A stretch of DNA of 63,478 bases, counting the filler, from Calcarisporiella thermophila CBS 279.70 (Eukaryota; Fungi; Calcarisporiellomycota), in NCBI RefSeq assembly GCF_041956535.1. It is 9 parts of 8 records of this genome, joined end to end, with 100 filler letters (N's around TTAATTAATTAA, not from the genome) between each part and the next. Parts side by side here need not be neighbours in the genome. Positions count along the whole stretch, not along the records: positions 34,737 to 37,474 come from NW_027192192.1; positions 37,575 to 43,680 come from NW_027192209.1; positions 43,781 to 46,642 come from NW_027192223.1; positions 46,743 to 49,422 come from NW_027192191.1; 5 more parts are not named here. One strand, written 5' to 3'. This document shows positions 37,381-48,782 of the stretch, one piece after another (positions within the stretch are counted from its first letter, which is position 1; each line of letters begins with the position of its first letter). The notes under the pieces were generated by a model. The model did not search any database. It saw nothing but the letters and a program-made list of their open reading frames with translations, and was not told the DNA's origin. The translations under genes were made by a program, and so were the position numbers.

Positions 37381-39458
37381 ACATTTTTTAAAAAAAACCT
37401 TTTACATTTATTACTATTGAGGCTACCTGTAGTAATATTAACCAATCAAATGACAAATCATTCATTTGTTAGCTNNNNNNNNNNNNNNNNNNNNNNNNNN
37501 NNNNNNNNNNNNNNNNNNTTAATTAATTAANNNNNNNNNNNNNNNNNNNNNNNNNNNNNNNNNNNNNNNNNNNNTAGTAACTTTTTTATCTTCTGCTTTT
37601 ATCTAATATTTTGTGTATAGCACGCAATTTGTAAATCGAGATAAAGCTATATCTAAAAATATCTACTCGCGCTCATAATGCACCGGAACCCTGACATGTT
37701 ATATTGTTTTTTAATTAATGAAAATATTCGCCTAGCAAAAATCAATTATCAAGACCAAGCTATCCACAATTGTGTTTTTATTCCTAAGGCCTTTATTAAT
37801 GGACGGGATATAACTATGAAAATGTGCTCTATGAATGCATGATTAATATTGACCTGATAGAATGCACAGATTCACTTGTGTATCAAAGATTTATTGTAAA
37901 TATATGCTCAATACAATGTATACTGGAAGGCTTTTTTTTTCTAAACATGGTGATAGGAACTTGTGATTTGGGTCGTCACTCGGAAATTAAATGACAAGAA
38001 AATGAGTGAGGAATCCAATGGACCTATCTCGACTCCAACCATTTCTCTAAAAAGCTGAGCAGAGTAGAGGGACAGGGTCGTAATAAATGTCCTTTATGTT
38101 TGGGACAACTCAAACATTTCTAGTCGCAATTGGGAGTTCTCCCTAAGATACATTTTCCAGTCTTGAGTTTGATCTGATGAATTGCCAACATGGTGGGAAT
38201 TTTTGTAAAAAGTTTTGAGAGGGAACTAAGGTCTGCTTATCAATTGACGAGTTTTATCAGGCAGACAGAGTGCAAGGATGTAAGGAATGCAGAGCCTTTA
38301 TTTATCTCAGAATTTGCAACCACTGATTTTCCATACCATAATCAAATGGGCGGCTTAACACAATTACTAATAACTCACGATAATATGTCAATACATTTGA
38401 CATAGACACAGCCATTTGGATGGCGGCATTAGCTTGATATATCAGATCCCAAAAATATTCCGGTGCATAGGTCACTTTCAATCAGGACTTGCAAATTTTA
38501 ATGATGGTGCCAAAGGAGCTCCTCGCGACTTCCTAATTTCCAGCAGGCCCTTTCTGGAAACGTACCTCGTTTCCGGTTCTTGAAATTCTTTTGGTTCGCA
38601 ACATGCGGGAAAACCACGCCACAATTTTAAGCTGATCTGTTGATATGGTTATCATGCCAAGAGATTTTTATCGTCGAATTCGTCTCGACAACCACCGATA
38701 GTTTCGTAACGCGAGGGAGGAAAGGCCAATTTTTTTTTTTTTTTTGCAAGAATGATTTCTTTTGGATTACATATGACTCAAAATGTGGAGGAAGCGTGGA
38801 GATGAGATTTCGATTTGAAATGGTCATTCTCCTATTTTCTTTCTTCTCTTCTCTCTTTTGTCTTTCTTTGATTGCAATTGCCGCAACTATCATAATTCTG
38901 ATATCGTCCTGTACGCCCGATACTCTCGCGCTGATTGGCTGGCATCGTTAGGAAGGGTTGAGACACCCGCAGAGCATAATATGTTGCGGGCGGCCGTGCC
39001 AAAATTTCTGGAAGGGCCAAGAATTGATCTCTCCAGAGGTCGAGTGGCCGACCAATCTGAATTCCCTCATAAGAGCTTGTGGCCAATCGCTCTGCAGCAA
39101 TCCTGAAAAACTCTACAAGCGATCCTTGGCGGTGGCTGAGTATGGATTAATATCTAATTGTGCGGACGAGTTTGGGGTAGAGCTAGCAAAATGCTATTGG
39201 TGCGAGCGTTGTACAAGTGGGTGGTGTTGATCGAGCGGTTTCCATGTATGGACATTTTGATTGATGGGATCAGGGTGAATTGCCCAACCTCGGATATTTA
39301 AATGCCTCTATTGCGGCCCTCAGCCACTTATAGGACTGCCCTGCCAGAGCCGAAATAAAGCTGCCTGCGGATCTACGGGAAAGCAGAGGCTCGAGCGGAA
39401 GCTTTTCTTTTGAAGCATTCCAGAGAACGGAGCTTTTACTTGGCAACCTACTCTCATC

Positions 39459-40497
39459 ATGATCAGAATCCTCAGGCGCTTCAATCCCTATATTCTTTTT
39501 GGGGTGTATATTCTTTTTCTCCTCGCCATCATTTTTCCCACCTTCAGGGCGTACCAGCGAGAGGCCGAAAAGTATGGTCAAGATCTCATTGTCAGAACCC
39601 CTAACACCACCATTCCGGGCGTCCTTTATATAGAGGGCAAAGTGGTGAGCGTGGACTTTAACAATGCCAACTTCAAAGTACACTTTGATTTCGATCCGAA
39701 TGAGGGACTTGAAACTCAGGATAATTTCTTTGCGCGCAACGTAACCATCAACTGGGGTGTCAGTTTGACTAAATTCCCCGCCGATCAGCCTGCCATCTCG
39801 ACGGACATTACCTTCCCCTTCGTGTAAGTCTATAGTTTATAATAGCGGATGGCATCGCATGGGCTAATTATGTATTTGTATAATTGAAAGAGATGGGGAT
39901 TTGAGCAAATATCCTTTCGATAGTTGGAAAAGCTCGATTTATATTATTGCAACTCAAGATAAAGCCTACTTGCCAGTGGACCTCACACTTTATGGAACCA
40001 TCCAAACGCTCAAATTCCAACCTACTCATCGTCTCGAAGCAGGCAACTTTATCACAATTGATGTCAAAGTCAAACGCTCATCCTCTACGATCGGATTCTC
40101 CATTTTTGTTATTGTCACTATGTGGCTGATCACCCTTGCTGTATCGATCCTCACCTACAAAGCTATTACCAAGCAGTTCAAGGTGGAACCTCCCATCTTT
40201 GTCTGGCCTGGAACCCTCCTCTTTGCTCTTCCTGCCTTCCGTAACACGCAACCAGGCGTGCCATCTCCGGGAACTAGTGGCGATGTGATGGGATTCTTCT
40301 GGAATATGGGTATCGTGGCCTTTTCGCTGCTTATTTTAGTGGGTTTGTGGTTAAAAAGGTGGAAACATCAGCCAGCTCCTGCAGAGAACGAAGAAAAATT
40401 TGAGCTAATAGCAAAAGGACCCACTAGTCCTGAGCACACGGTAGAGATTAGAGAGGAGAGACCAGACACTCAGAAACAACCCTCGAGAGTGGTGTAG
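39459..40497 (+). CDS. DUF4436-family membrane protein; intron 39824-39890
   Basis: N-terminal TM, G...YPFD motif, C-terminal TMs with LLFALPAFRNTQPG.P..G...D..GFFW. The GTAAGT...CTAAT...AAG intron is in frame. Confidence 0.85.
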
Positions 40498-40840
40498 CGA
40501 GATAATTGCTTTTCAATGAAGGGGGTAGAGGCTTGTGCAGAGTAGAGTAGAATCAATTCCATAATGGAGGTGCTAAAATGAGCATCACAGCTGATGCATA
40601 GACCTAGAATTGTACTCTTAATGAATGTGCGCATATAAGATTTCATGCAACCCAGCACTATCCAGTCCCAACCCAATTCCAATTAGATATAACCCATTTT
40701 CTAAACTTGTGACTTCAACATTGAATATATAAAGAATAATTGATAGCAATCTATTGAGAGCAAATGTGAACAATAATAGCAAAATGTTATATATTTACGG
40801 TCATATGGAAGAAAAGGAGAAAAAACCAAGTAAAATGAAT

Positions 40841-42421
40841 TTATGCCTCGGTGCGCTTGGAGATTACCAAACGGCAATCGCGATCAGGGCGTTTGGGGGT
40901 GGTGAAAAGGGCACTCCTTGTCGGCAACAGTTTTGGGCGACCAAGCTCGTCGAGATTGTGCGGTCCATAAACGCTGTCCTTGGGTAAGGAAATATCATAG
41001 TCTTTTAGGATGTTGGCGATAATGATCATCATTTCTACCCAGGCGAGGTTACGACCAATACAATTACGGTGACCGTAGGAGAAAGCAAATACGTTGCGTT
41101 TAGCCTCTTCGTCTTCCAAGAAACGAGTTGGATCGAAGAGGTGTGGATCTTTCCAGGTTTCTTTGTGAATATGGACACCATGCAAGTTGATGGCAATCTC
41201 CACGCCTGGCGGAACGTAATGGCCTTGGATAGTGATTCCCTTCGAGGAGGAAATCCTGGGCATGAATCCGGAGGTGATAGGTGAATAGCGGAGGACTTCG
41301 TAGATGAATGCCTCGAGAAATGGTAGCTGGGTGCGACATTCTGCAAAAGTGATGAGGTGGTCTAGCGGGAATTGGCTGCGCACTTCTTCAATGGCGCGGC
41401 GAAGATGTTGAGGATACAACGTCAATAGATGGATGACCCATGAAGTCACAAACGACGTCGATTCGCTACCAGCAAGTTGCATGGCGATGCTTTCTGTCTG
41501 TACTTCGTGATGTGTCATCTTGATCCTGGCCTCAGGGTCTTCGGCATCGATGAACGCTTGAAGGATATCCACTGGCTTTTCGCTTACGCCTTTGTCCAGC
41601 ATATCTCTGCGCAAGTCGACTGACTCCTTACTGAAGTTGATAAAGTCATCAAACATCTTCTTCCAATGCTTAAGGAAGAAGGAGAAGGGTGGAATGGTGA
41701 GCAGTGGGAAGTTTTTGCTAAACCCCAGATATAGCCCTGTAGCTTCAATCCACCTGATAATTTTCGGGTCATCGTTGGCCAGTGCATTGAATTCCCTGCC
41801 AAATGCTAATGCGCCGATGGTGTCAAAAGTGGCAAACTGAGTGTCATTACGGTGGTTGACTACAATTGGCTCGCCGCCATTCTTCGCAATTAGCCCATCC
41901 CACTTGGCCTTGATCGCAAGAATACTATAGCGGAGAATCAGTGGCTCCATCTTGCCAAGGTACGTGTGATTGAAGTATTGACCAATTTGTCGTCTCCTGA
42001 GACTAGCCTGAGCTGGGTCAGTGTTTGTGAATATGCTGGGGTTATCCAGGATATCCAGTGACTTATAAATATCTGTTTTTCGGAATTCCCTGGAACTAAG
42101 CACAGTACGAATGTCCTTCGGGTTGCTAATACTTACACCATTTGGCTTGTACACGTAGATGTCACCATAGGCAAGATAGTCGGATCGTACTGATTTTGCT
42201 CCATTGGTGAGCACACGTTTGAAAATGGAGTATTTATCAGTAATGCGTGCGAGAAATGGGCCTGGAATATTGCGGAGTGGCGATAAAAAGAATGCGTAGA
42301 TTAATTTCCAAGCCACCTGCACTCCGAACAAGGTTGCAAGCAAACGGATATATCCAAGCTCGTGGAGAACGGCGTGAACCTGGGTAAGCTGGCCCAGCCA
42401 GTTGATGCTGAAAGATGGCAT
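40841..42421 (-). CDS. cytochrome P450 (intronless, 526 aa)
   Basis: SPLRNIPGP hinge, I-helix AGSEST, EVLR (ExxR), FDPTRF, heme motif [10 protein letters not shown]. Confidence 0.95.
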   Translation of the reverse strand: MPSFSINWLGQLTQVHAVLHELGYIRLLATLFGVQVAWKLIYAFFLSPLRNIPGPFLARITDKYSIFKRVLTNGAKSVRSDYLAYGDIYVYKPNGVSISNPKDIRTVLSSREFRKTDIYKSLDILDNPSIFTNTDPAQASLRRRQIGQYFNHTYLGKMEPLILRYSILAIKAKWDGLIAKNGGEPIVVNHRNDTQFATFDTIGALAFGREFNALANDDPKIIRWIEATGLYLGFSKNFPLLTIPPFSFFLKHWKKMFDDFINFSKESVDLRRDMLDKGVSEKPVDILQAFIDAEDPEARIKMTHHEVQTESIAMQLAGSESTSFVTSWVIHLLTLYPQHLRRAIEEVRSQFPLDHLITFAECRTQLPFLEAFIYEVLRYSPITSGFMPRISSSKGITIQGHYVPPGVEIAINLHGVHIHKETWKDPHLFDPTRFLEDEEAKRNVFAFSYGHRNCIGRNLAWVEMMIIIANILKDYDISLPKDSVYGPHNLDELGRPKLLPTRSALFTTPKRPDRDCRLVISKRTEA

Positions 42422-43811
42422 TGTCAGAAGTGTGAAGAAGCGCCAAAAAGAACGGGATGGCTGCCTTGTAGTAGAAAAAGAAAGGAAAAAGGGTGGAAGA
42501 AAAAAAAGTCGGAAGGCACTGCAAAAAGCTGCAAGGAGGAGCATAGGAGATTAGTCATTCCCTTAGCCCCGCAAGACTGTAGCGGTTGACGAATATGCAA
42601 CGCCCAACGCAATCTTACACAAAAAGATCGTAAATCCTCCCAAGGTCGGGATTTGCGCTTGTTTGTCCGAAATGGTTTCCACTAAATCGTATTAGACAGA
42701 ATAGATAACAGAGAAACAAAGATAGGATTTGCCTGAATCCTTCAACTGAGAAGACCCCTTTGTCTATGGGCAAGCGCAGTTCTTGTATATGTAACAGAGA
42801 CTACGCTGTTTATTGAATGAAGGAATCCAAGCTAATGCAAAATCTAGTACGCAGATAGCTTGCTGATAGATTTTTTTCTTTTCTCCAAGACCTTCGAGAT
42901 TGATCCGCTCTGCCTTGAACTGAGAAAGGAATGAATCACTCTACCCACTGTATCACATTTTTGATTCAACTTTTGTGCGAGTTTGCAGATATATGGATAT
43001 GCTTTGAAAGTTTACTAATGAATCTTGAAAAAAAAATTGTATCGAAACATGTGCAAGGAAACAATTTTGGTAGCCTAACGAAGCAATTGCCGCAGTGTGT
43101 TAAAAATAAAGCTTTAGGAGCAACATTGGCCGTGAAAAAGTCAGACATTTATTCGCACATATGATGGTCGCGTATTGCTCTTGGCGATATTGGACAAATC
43201 AATGGGGAAATATATGTCAATTTGGCGAAGTGCAATAGTGGCAAAAAAGATATCTGGAAGAAAAGGCAAGAATTAGAGCATGTTCGCGCGTAACTAGGAT
43301 CTTCAGTATGAATGGAACAACTCGCTTTCTCATATTAATTCTGAGATATGAGTTTGAGCTGTAAATCCGATATAGTGTAAATCAAGTAAGTTTTCCCCTC
43401 AAAATTAGGGTTGCTTGTTCACAAGAATTTAGTGGATTCAGATCAGACGAATTAGATGTGTGGCTTATTTTCCTTCGGAGACCTTGTTAAGTTAATCGGC
43501 AATCAAGGGTTTCTACGTTACAATTTCGGCTTGATTCAAAAATTATCTACTTATAGCTAGGTTTGGTGTGTGCACAAGCGGGAATTTTATGGATTCATAT
43601 CAGACAAATTAGACGTGTGGCTATTGTCCAGTGATGACTCGATTAATTAATTCTATTCACAGTACAAACTATTCTTACTTNNNNNNNNNNNNNNNNNNNN
43701 NNNNNNNNNNNNNNNNNNNNNNNNTTAATTAATTAANNNNNNNNNNNNNNNNNNNNNNNNNNNNNNNNNNNNNNNNNNNNAAAAAAAAAATAGACATTCA
43801 GAAAGCGCGAT

Positions 43812-44148
43812 GGGGGAGGGTTAGTGTAGTGGACTATCCCTGGGATGGCGATGAGAACGGCGTGGGTTCGAATCCCACTTCCCCCACCAGCACTTACTCT
43901 TAGTTTGTGACTGCTATCCACTTGATCAGAAGCTGAGTCTTGATCATTGAAAAGATCGCCCTTACGATAAGTACAAAAGATTACATCAGTTTCACGTACA
44001 TGCTATTCACGACAACTACGATACACGCATATCGATTGAATGTCTATCGATCAAGAACCTATATCTCGTTATGTTAAGTCCATTGACATTAACCTCATGT
44101 AATATATGGAAATTAAATAAAAGTTTCCATTGATTGATCAAAAAAAAA
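43812..44148 (+). mobile_element. tRNA-derived SINE, copy 2 (intact A and B boxes)
   Basis: A box TAGTGTAGTGG, B box GGTTCGAATCC, CCA at 43887-43889, poly(A), 18-bp TSD ACATTCAGAAAGCGCGAT (43794-43811, 44149-44166). Confidence 0.9.
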
Positions 44149-44499
44149 ACATTCAGAAAGCGCGATATCTTTCAAGTAGAGCAGCCAATGGAATTGATTA
44201 CCGCTACGTTGCCGACCCCTCGTGGTTACTCGCCGCCCTCGTGGTTACTCTTATACTCCCTCATGGCTATCTTATTGATGTTGATTGATACTTTGCTGTC
44301 TTATCTATCTCATCTTTGAACACCAGTGAGAATTATTCTCCTTTGATCACAATTCTATTTAAACCCTTCGGTTTATTTTAACGTTTAACACCAATTCCCT
44401 GAATAACTAAGACCAATCTCTTATTTTTATTATTAAGATCCGGATACCCCTCCACACAAACCTCCTTTCGCCCGTAACATCACTGTTGTGAAGTGTGAT

Positions 44500-45283
44500 G
44501 GTTTTAACCAATGAGAAGTTGGCCATCGAGCAGAGGATCCTTGCCATTACTGGTAACGAAGTGGTTGCTCTGAGCCACGACATAGCCCTGTGGATAATAT
44601 ACCGCTCGAGAATTTGAATTAGTGCTGGACGATGTCCAACCCAATCCGGTAGCCATAACCAAACAATTTGACAACGAGCTACAGCGAGGAATAAAGTCCA
44701 AGTGGTGGATGGCGATGAAACAGGAACGGAAAAGAGACTTCATCGATAAATGGTCAAGGGGAAACTGGGTGAACATCATAGATGATTCTGTGATTTTCAT
44801 CCAGTCAAATCAAATCCCATCCCCAACTCCGGCTTGAGAACTGCACCCAACCCTCCACTGCTGTATATTAATACCATCTCCTCTATCGTTCTTTTCCCTG
44901 CTTTTCTTTTTTTTTTCTTTTTTTCCTTTTCCTCCTTTCCTCTTCCTTTACTTTTTCAATCCTTCACTTCTTTTCGTTAATTCATGTACATAAGCAGCCT
45001 ATCTTAATACCATTGCACACAACTTTTTATCTCCCCCTCTTACTGTTATTCCTATCCCCTTCTTTATTAAACTAATTGCTGTTTCCATACTTTCCTAGCT
45101 CTCTCCTCATCACCTTTTCTCTCTTCCTCTTACACTTAAATCCTTTTCTTCCTTCCTTTTTTCCGTCTATCCTCCAAATTCTGCAAGGTAGGCCAGGAGC
45201 ATTACCTGGGTGATTTTGAAGTAGAAGCTACCCTACCTTTTTAACAGGATAGGACACTTTTCAATAAAGGTCCTTTGTTAAAA
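44500..45283 (+). mobile_element. 5'-truncated L1-like LINE, family B
   Basis: ORF2-like C-terminus (ALWIIYRSR...FIDKWSRGNW), pyrimidine-rich UTR, conserved 3' end shared with 30082-30190. Confidence 0.72.
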
Positions 45284-45408
45284 GGAACTGGCCTCTCGAT
45301 GATGGAGTGCGTAGCACGAATCTTGGGCCACTATAAAACCGATGCCTGCGGATGCCGCACTTTAGACAGGATAGGAGCAGTGGAATTAGCCTTCCGCCCA
45401 GAAATCTC

Positions 45409-46215
45409 ACTTATCTCCTTCGTTCTGATCTCTGGTTCAGGGTTTCCTTGCTGGGACCTTTGCTTGCGCTTTTCCAGGTTCCGGCAGTTAAGAATTGAGT
45501 GGTTCGCTTTCTTGCAATACCTGCAGAAAGGGGGGGCATCTTTCCACATCATGTTCACTGCAGCATCGTCTAAGGTGAAGAGTCGTGGTAGTCTGTCCTT
45601 GACGTCAGGGTGGTCGGTGATATTGAGTCTAACGAACGCCTTGTCCGTAATATATTTTACGCCATTTACCGTGAAATGCTCCATTCTGATTTCCTCGACT
45701 GGGACGATTTGTTCGAAGTATCAGTGTATATGTTCCAGAAGGGTTTCTTCTGGCTGCATTGGGAGATCGAGTAGTTTGACCGTCAAGAGGTTGTGGTGAT
45801 CGTTGTAAACTTTGTATATAGGTATTTGTCTGTCTTCTAGGGTGAATCCTTTCTTGATGATGTCGTTCACCGAGATTTCTGGGCGGAAGGCTAATTCCAC
45901 TGCTCCTATCCTGTCTAAAGTGCGGCATCCGCAGGCATCGGTTTTATAGTGGCCCAAGATTCGTGCTACGCACTCCATCATCGAGAGGCCAGTTCCTTTT
46001 ACGCAGAATTGAACTGCGTTTTTTGGAGTTAGATCTTCTCGTGAGAATCTCCTCCGCCATGTTGACGTTTGGGTTTTTGTCATTCCGCTTCCAAGAAGTC
46101 GAGACTGACTTGGAGACTGCAGCTGCGTAAGAGGCAGTACTTGGTGGTGCATGGATGGATGCTTCCCTGTGTAGGGGGGGAAGTCTTCGAGATCGTTGGG
46201 GGAATGTTGATTCAT
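45409..46215 (-). pseudogene. LINE ORF1 (gag-like) with CCHC zinc knuckle, frameshifted
   Basis: SYAAAV motif near the N-terminus, RRM-like middle, FCRYCKKANHSILNC (CX2CX4HX4C). Confidence 0.8.
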
Positions 46216-46240
46216 TTTTAGTCCCAGTGATTTTTATATA

Positions 46241-46642
46241 TTTTTTTTTGATCAATCAACGGAGACTTTATTAGTTTCCGTAGCTTACAAGAGTTTAATG
46301 ATTACAATGAAATAAGAAAGAGGGGAATAAAGGGTAAATTAGATGTATATAGTGATCGGGTATTTGGTGAAAGGTATGAAGTAAAGAGGAGGGGAGGAGG
46401 GAAAGAGCGGATTGGGAGAGAGGAAAGGTTGCTTCGTCACTCCAGTTTTAGTCTTGCTCTATCCGAACTTTCTATTACCGCTCCCTGACTGCACCACCTT
46501 CTTCGGAATAGCTCTATCTCGCGTCTTTTACGTGCCTTTATCAGTTCACCTCCGATAGCCTCCTCGATGTCCATTTTGGCACGGAGGATGATTGTCTCGG
46601 GTGATGCTCGAGTGCATTCGAAATGGTAGGCGATTCGGTCCC
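46241..46642 (-). mobile_element. 3' end of L1-like LINE, family A (ORF2 C-terminus, 3'UTR, poly A)
   Basis: ...IAYHFE...ELFRRRWCS...LE* (stop at 46437-46439), C/T-rich UTR, AATAAA and TTGATTGATC-A9 tail. Confidence 0.75.
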
Positions 46643-47200
46643 NNNNNNNNNNNNNNNNNNNNNNNNNNNNNNNNNNNNNNNNNNNNTTAATTAATTAANN
46701 NNNNNNNNNNNNNNNNNNNNNNNNNNNNNNNNNNNNNNNNNNTGATGATGATGATGATGATGACGATAATAATACAGTGACTCTAATTGACTGTAATTGT
46801 GACACTTTCTTTCATTTTCTATCGCTTACACTGCCCCATTCGAATACATGTGCTGTATATCACTCATATCCTCTATGTAATTTTTTTTTAAGGTGCACTG
46901 TTGGAGAGCTTGGCGGTGGAGCCTATCGGGGATCTTGTGGAGAATCCTCTTGAGGCGAGTAGTGGTATAGAGAAGAGCGAAAATCCATCTGTTTCAAAAA
47001 AAGGTAGCGTATCACCGTTCAATATTGCTATTGATATTATTGCAGTATACAGTATAGTACTATGACTTTCTTAATGAAGCTCATGGCATGCAGTTTTTGA
47101 AATTATTAAAACACCGTAGACAACAATACCAATATCTGCGCAGTTTATGATATTTTTAAAATATTTCTCCATTTAACCCTACTTTTATTTTTTTTTTTAG

Positions 47201-47865
47201 CGCCAGAGAAAAAACGCCCTCGAACACATAAAAAGAAAACCGCTAAGGAGAAGAACAAGGAGCCATTAGAAGATGCTAGTGAGAGCCAAAATTCAGCGTA
47301 TCCGCAAGGTCTTATCAGACTTGAGCTTTCCACACTAAACTGCGAGGCAGAGAGAGTCTTCCAAAAATTTAAGCTAGATCTCTGGGCGACACTCCCAAAT
47401 CCCGCTCGATACCTGAAAGACTTGTCGTATCAGCAATTAGAGAATGTAGATTTCACACGACAAGAGATGATCAACTATGTGAAAAATCCTCGCTTCTCGT
47501 ATGCAACTCGGGTAAAAGTTGCGGGAAAAATAATGGGAAGCAACAGCGGCAAGAAGTGGAGACATCGCTTCGACCTATATTTTAATACCACGCGAGATCC
47601 GTGGGGTACTCACAAGCAAGGGTGGGGCCGGATGCTCTATATTAGCGAGTATCGTCAGTGCTGTGGTTCGATGACCCCTGCGGAAGTTGATTTGTTCAAT
47701 AAGATACTTCTGGAGAAGTTTATGCAGCTGGAAACCCTTCCCAGTTCAACAGCCGGAAAAGTGTGGAGTACAAGTACAAACCAGAAAGGGGCCCGCACGA
47801 CCGAGGATCAGGAGAATAACTATTTTGTTTACTTTGTATTGAATGAGAATTTGATAAAGAATTAA
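47201..47865 (+). CDS. last exon of a hypothetical protein
   Basis: Poly-T/AG acceptor at 47200 followed by a ~220-codon open frame. No family recognised. Confidence 0.4.
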
Positions 47866-48613
47866 GCAGCGTGGATGACCAGTACAAACCGGTGGAAAAA
47901 TGTATTTTTTTTTTCCTGCTTTGACCAATTTTCAAAATAATAAATATATATTTTTCATACTTTTTCGTTATGAGTATTATCTACCTAAGAAAAAAAAAAT
48001 CATATTTACAAAAATACATATAAAAACAATAGTAAAATAGTATAAATTAGTGCTGTATATGCTAGTACGATTGTGTTATTGTCAATATTGCAATTGCGTT
48101 CATCGAAGGGATATAAAGCATGTTGGAAAATAAAAAAAATAAACCGCAATAATTAACACGTTGGGAGTAAATGTCTAATTTCTTTCTTTCACTTTATAGC
48201 TCCCAACGAGCACAAATTGTAACAAGACAACATACAGTATACAATTAATTGATAAATGCGGTACCAACGGATGATCTTCAATTGCAGGGTCACGGATAAT
48301 CCATACGATATTTCGAGTAAAATAGGTTAATCAGTATATGATAACGTTATTTATCTTTGAAAAGAATATCTTTTATTATTATTATTGGGATATAATTAAT
48401 GTGTATTTTGGTATATTTTACAAATTTCAAATAATAATAATAATAATAAAACACTTATTATTATATTAGTTTAGCATAACTGGGTTCAAATGGTAGATAC
48501 TGTAGAAGATCTTAATAAAAAATAGGGTTTAGCGAGGAATAGAGGGAAACTGTAGGCGGATTTTATATAAGAGTAAAGGATCAAAATAATATAAAACACC
48601 TCAGTTCAGTTAT

Positions 48614-48782
48614 TGAATATCTGTATCCTCCCATAGGTATTACACCAGAAAACAACAGAATAATAGCTAAGCTAAGCCATAACAAGGTAATAAGAATAAC
48701 CCTATCTCATATCATGAGAAGAGATGGGAGGAAGTCCTCGTGTCACATATAACCTATCTAATCCCCGGACCATTATGCAGAT
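48614..48782 (+). repeat. ~165-bp dispersed repeat (second copy at about 60785-60948)
   Basis: Shared TGAATATCTGTATCCTCCCATAG...GAGAAGAGATGGGAG...CGGACCATTA. Confidence 0.8.

Noticed and set aside
26741-42421. Secondary-metabolite cluster (decarboxylase plus P450 plus transcription factor)
   Set aside because: The genes are separated by three artificial contig linkers and no backbone synthase is present.
43812-43889. Functional tRNA gene (including tRNA-Sec)
   Set aside because: No proper anticodon stem-loop; embedded in a poly(A)/TSD-bounded repeat, so it is a SINE head.
45179-45240. Canonical HDV or hammerhead ribozyme call
   Set aside because: No CUGAUGA/GAAA core, and helix spacing does not fit the HDV consensus; kept only as an unclassified structure.
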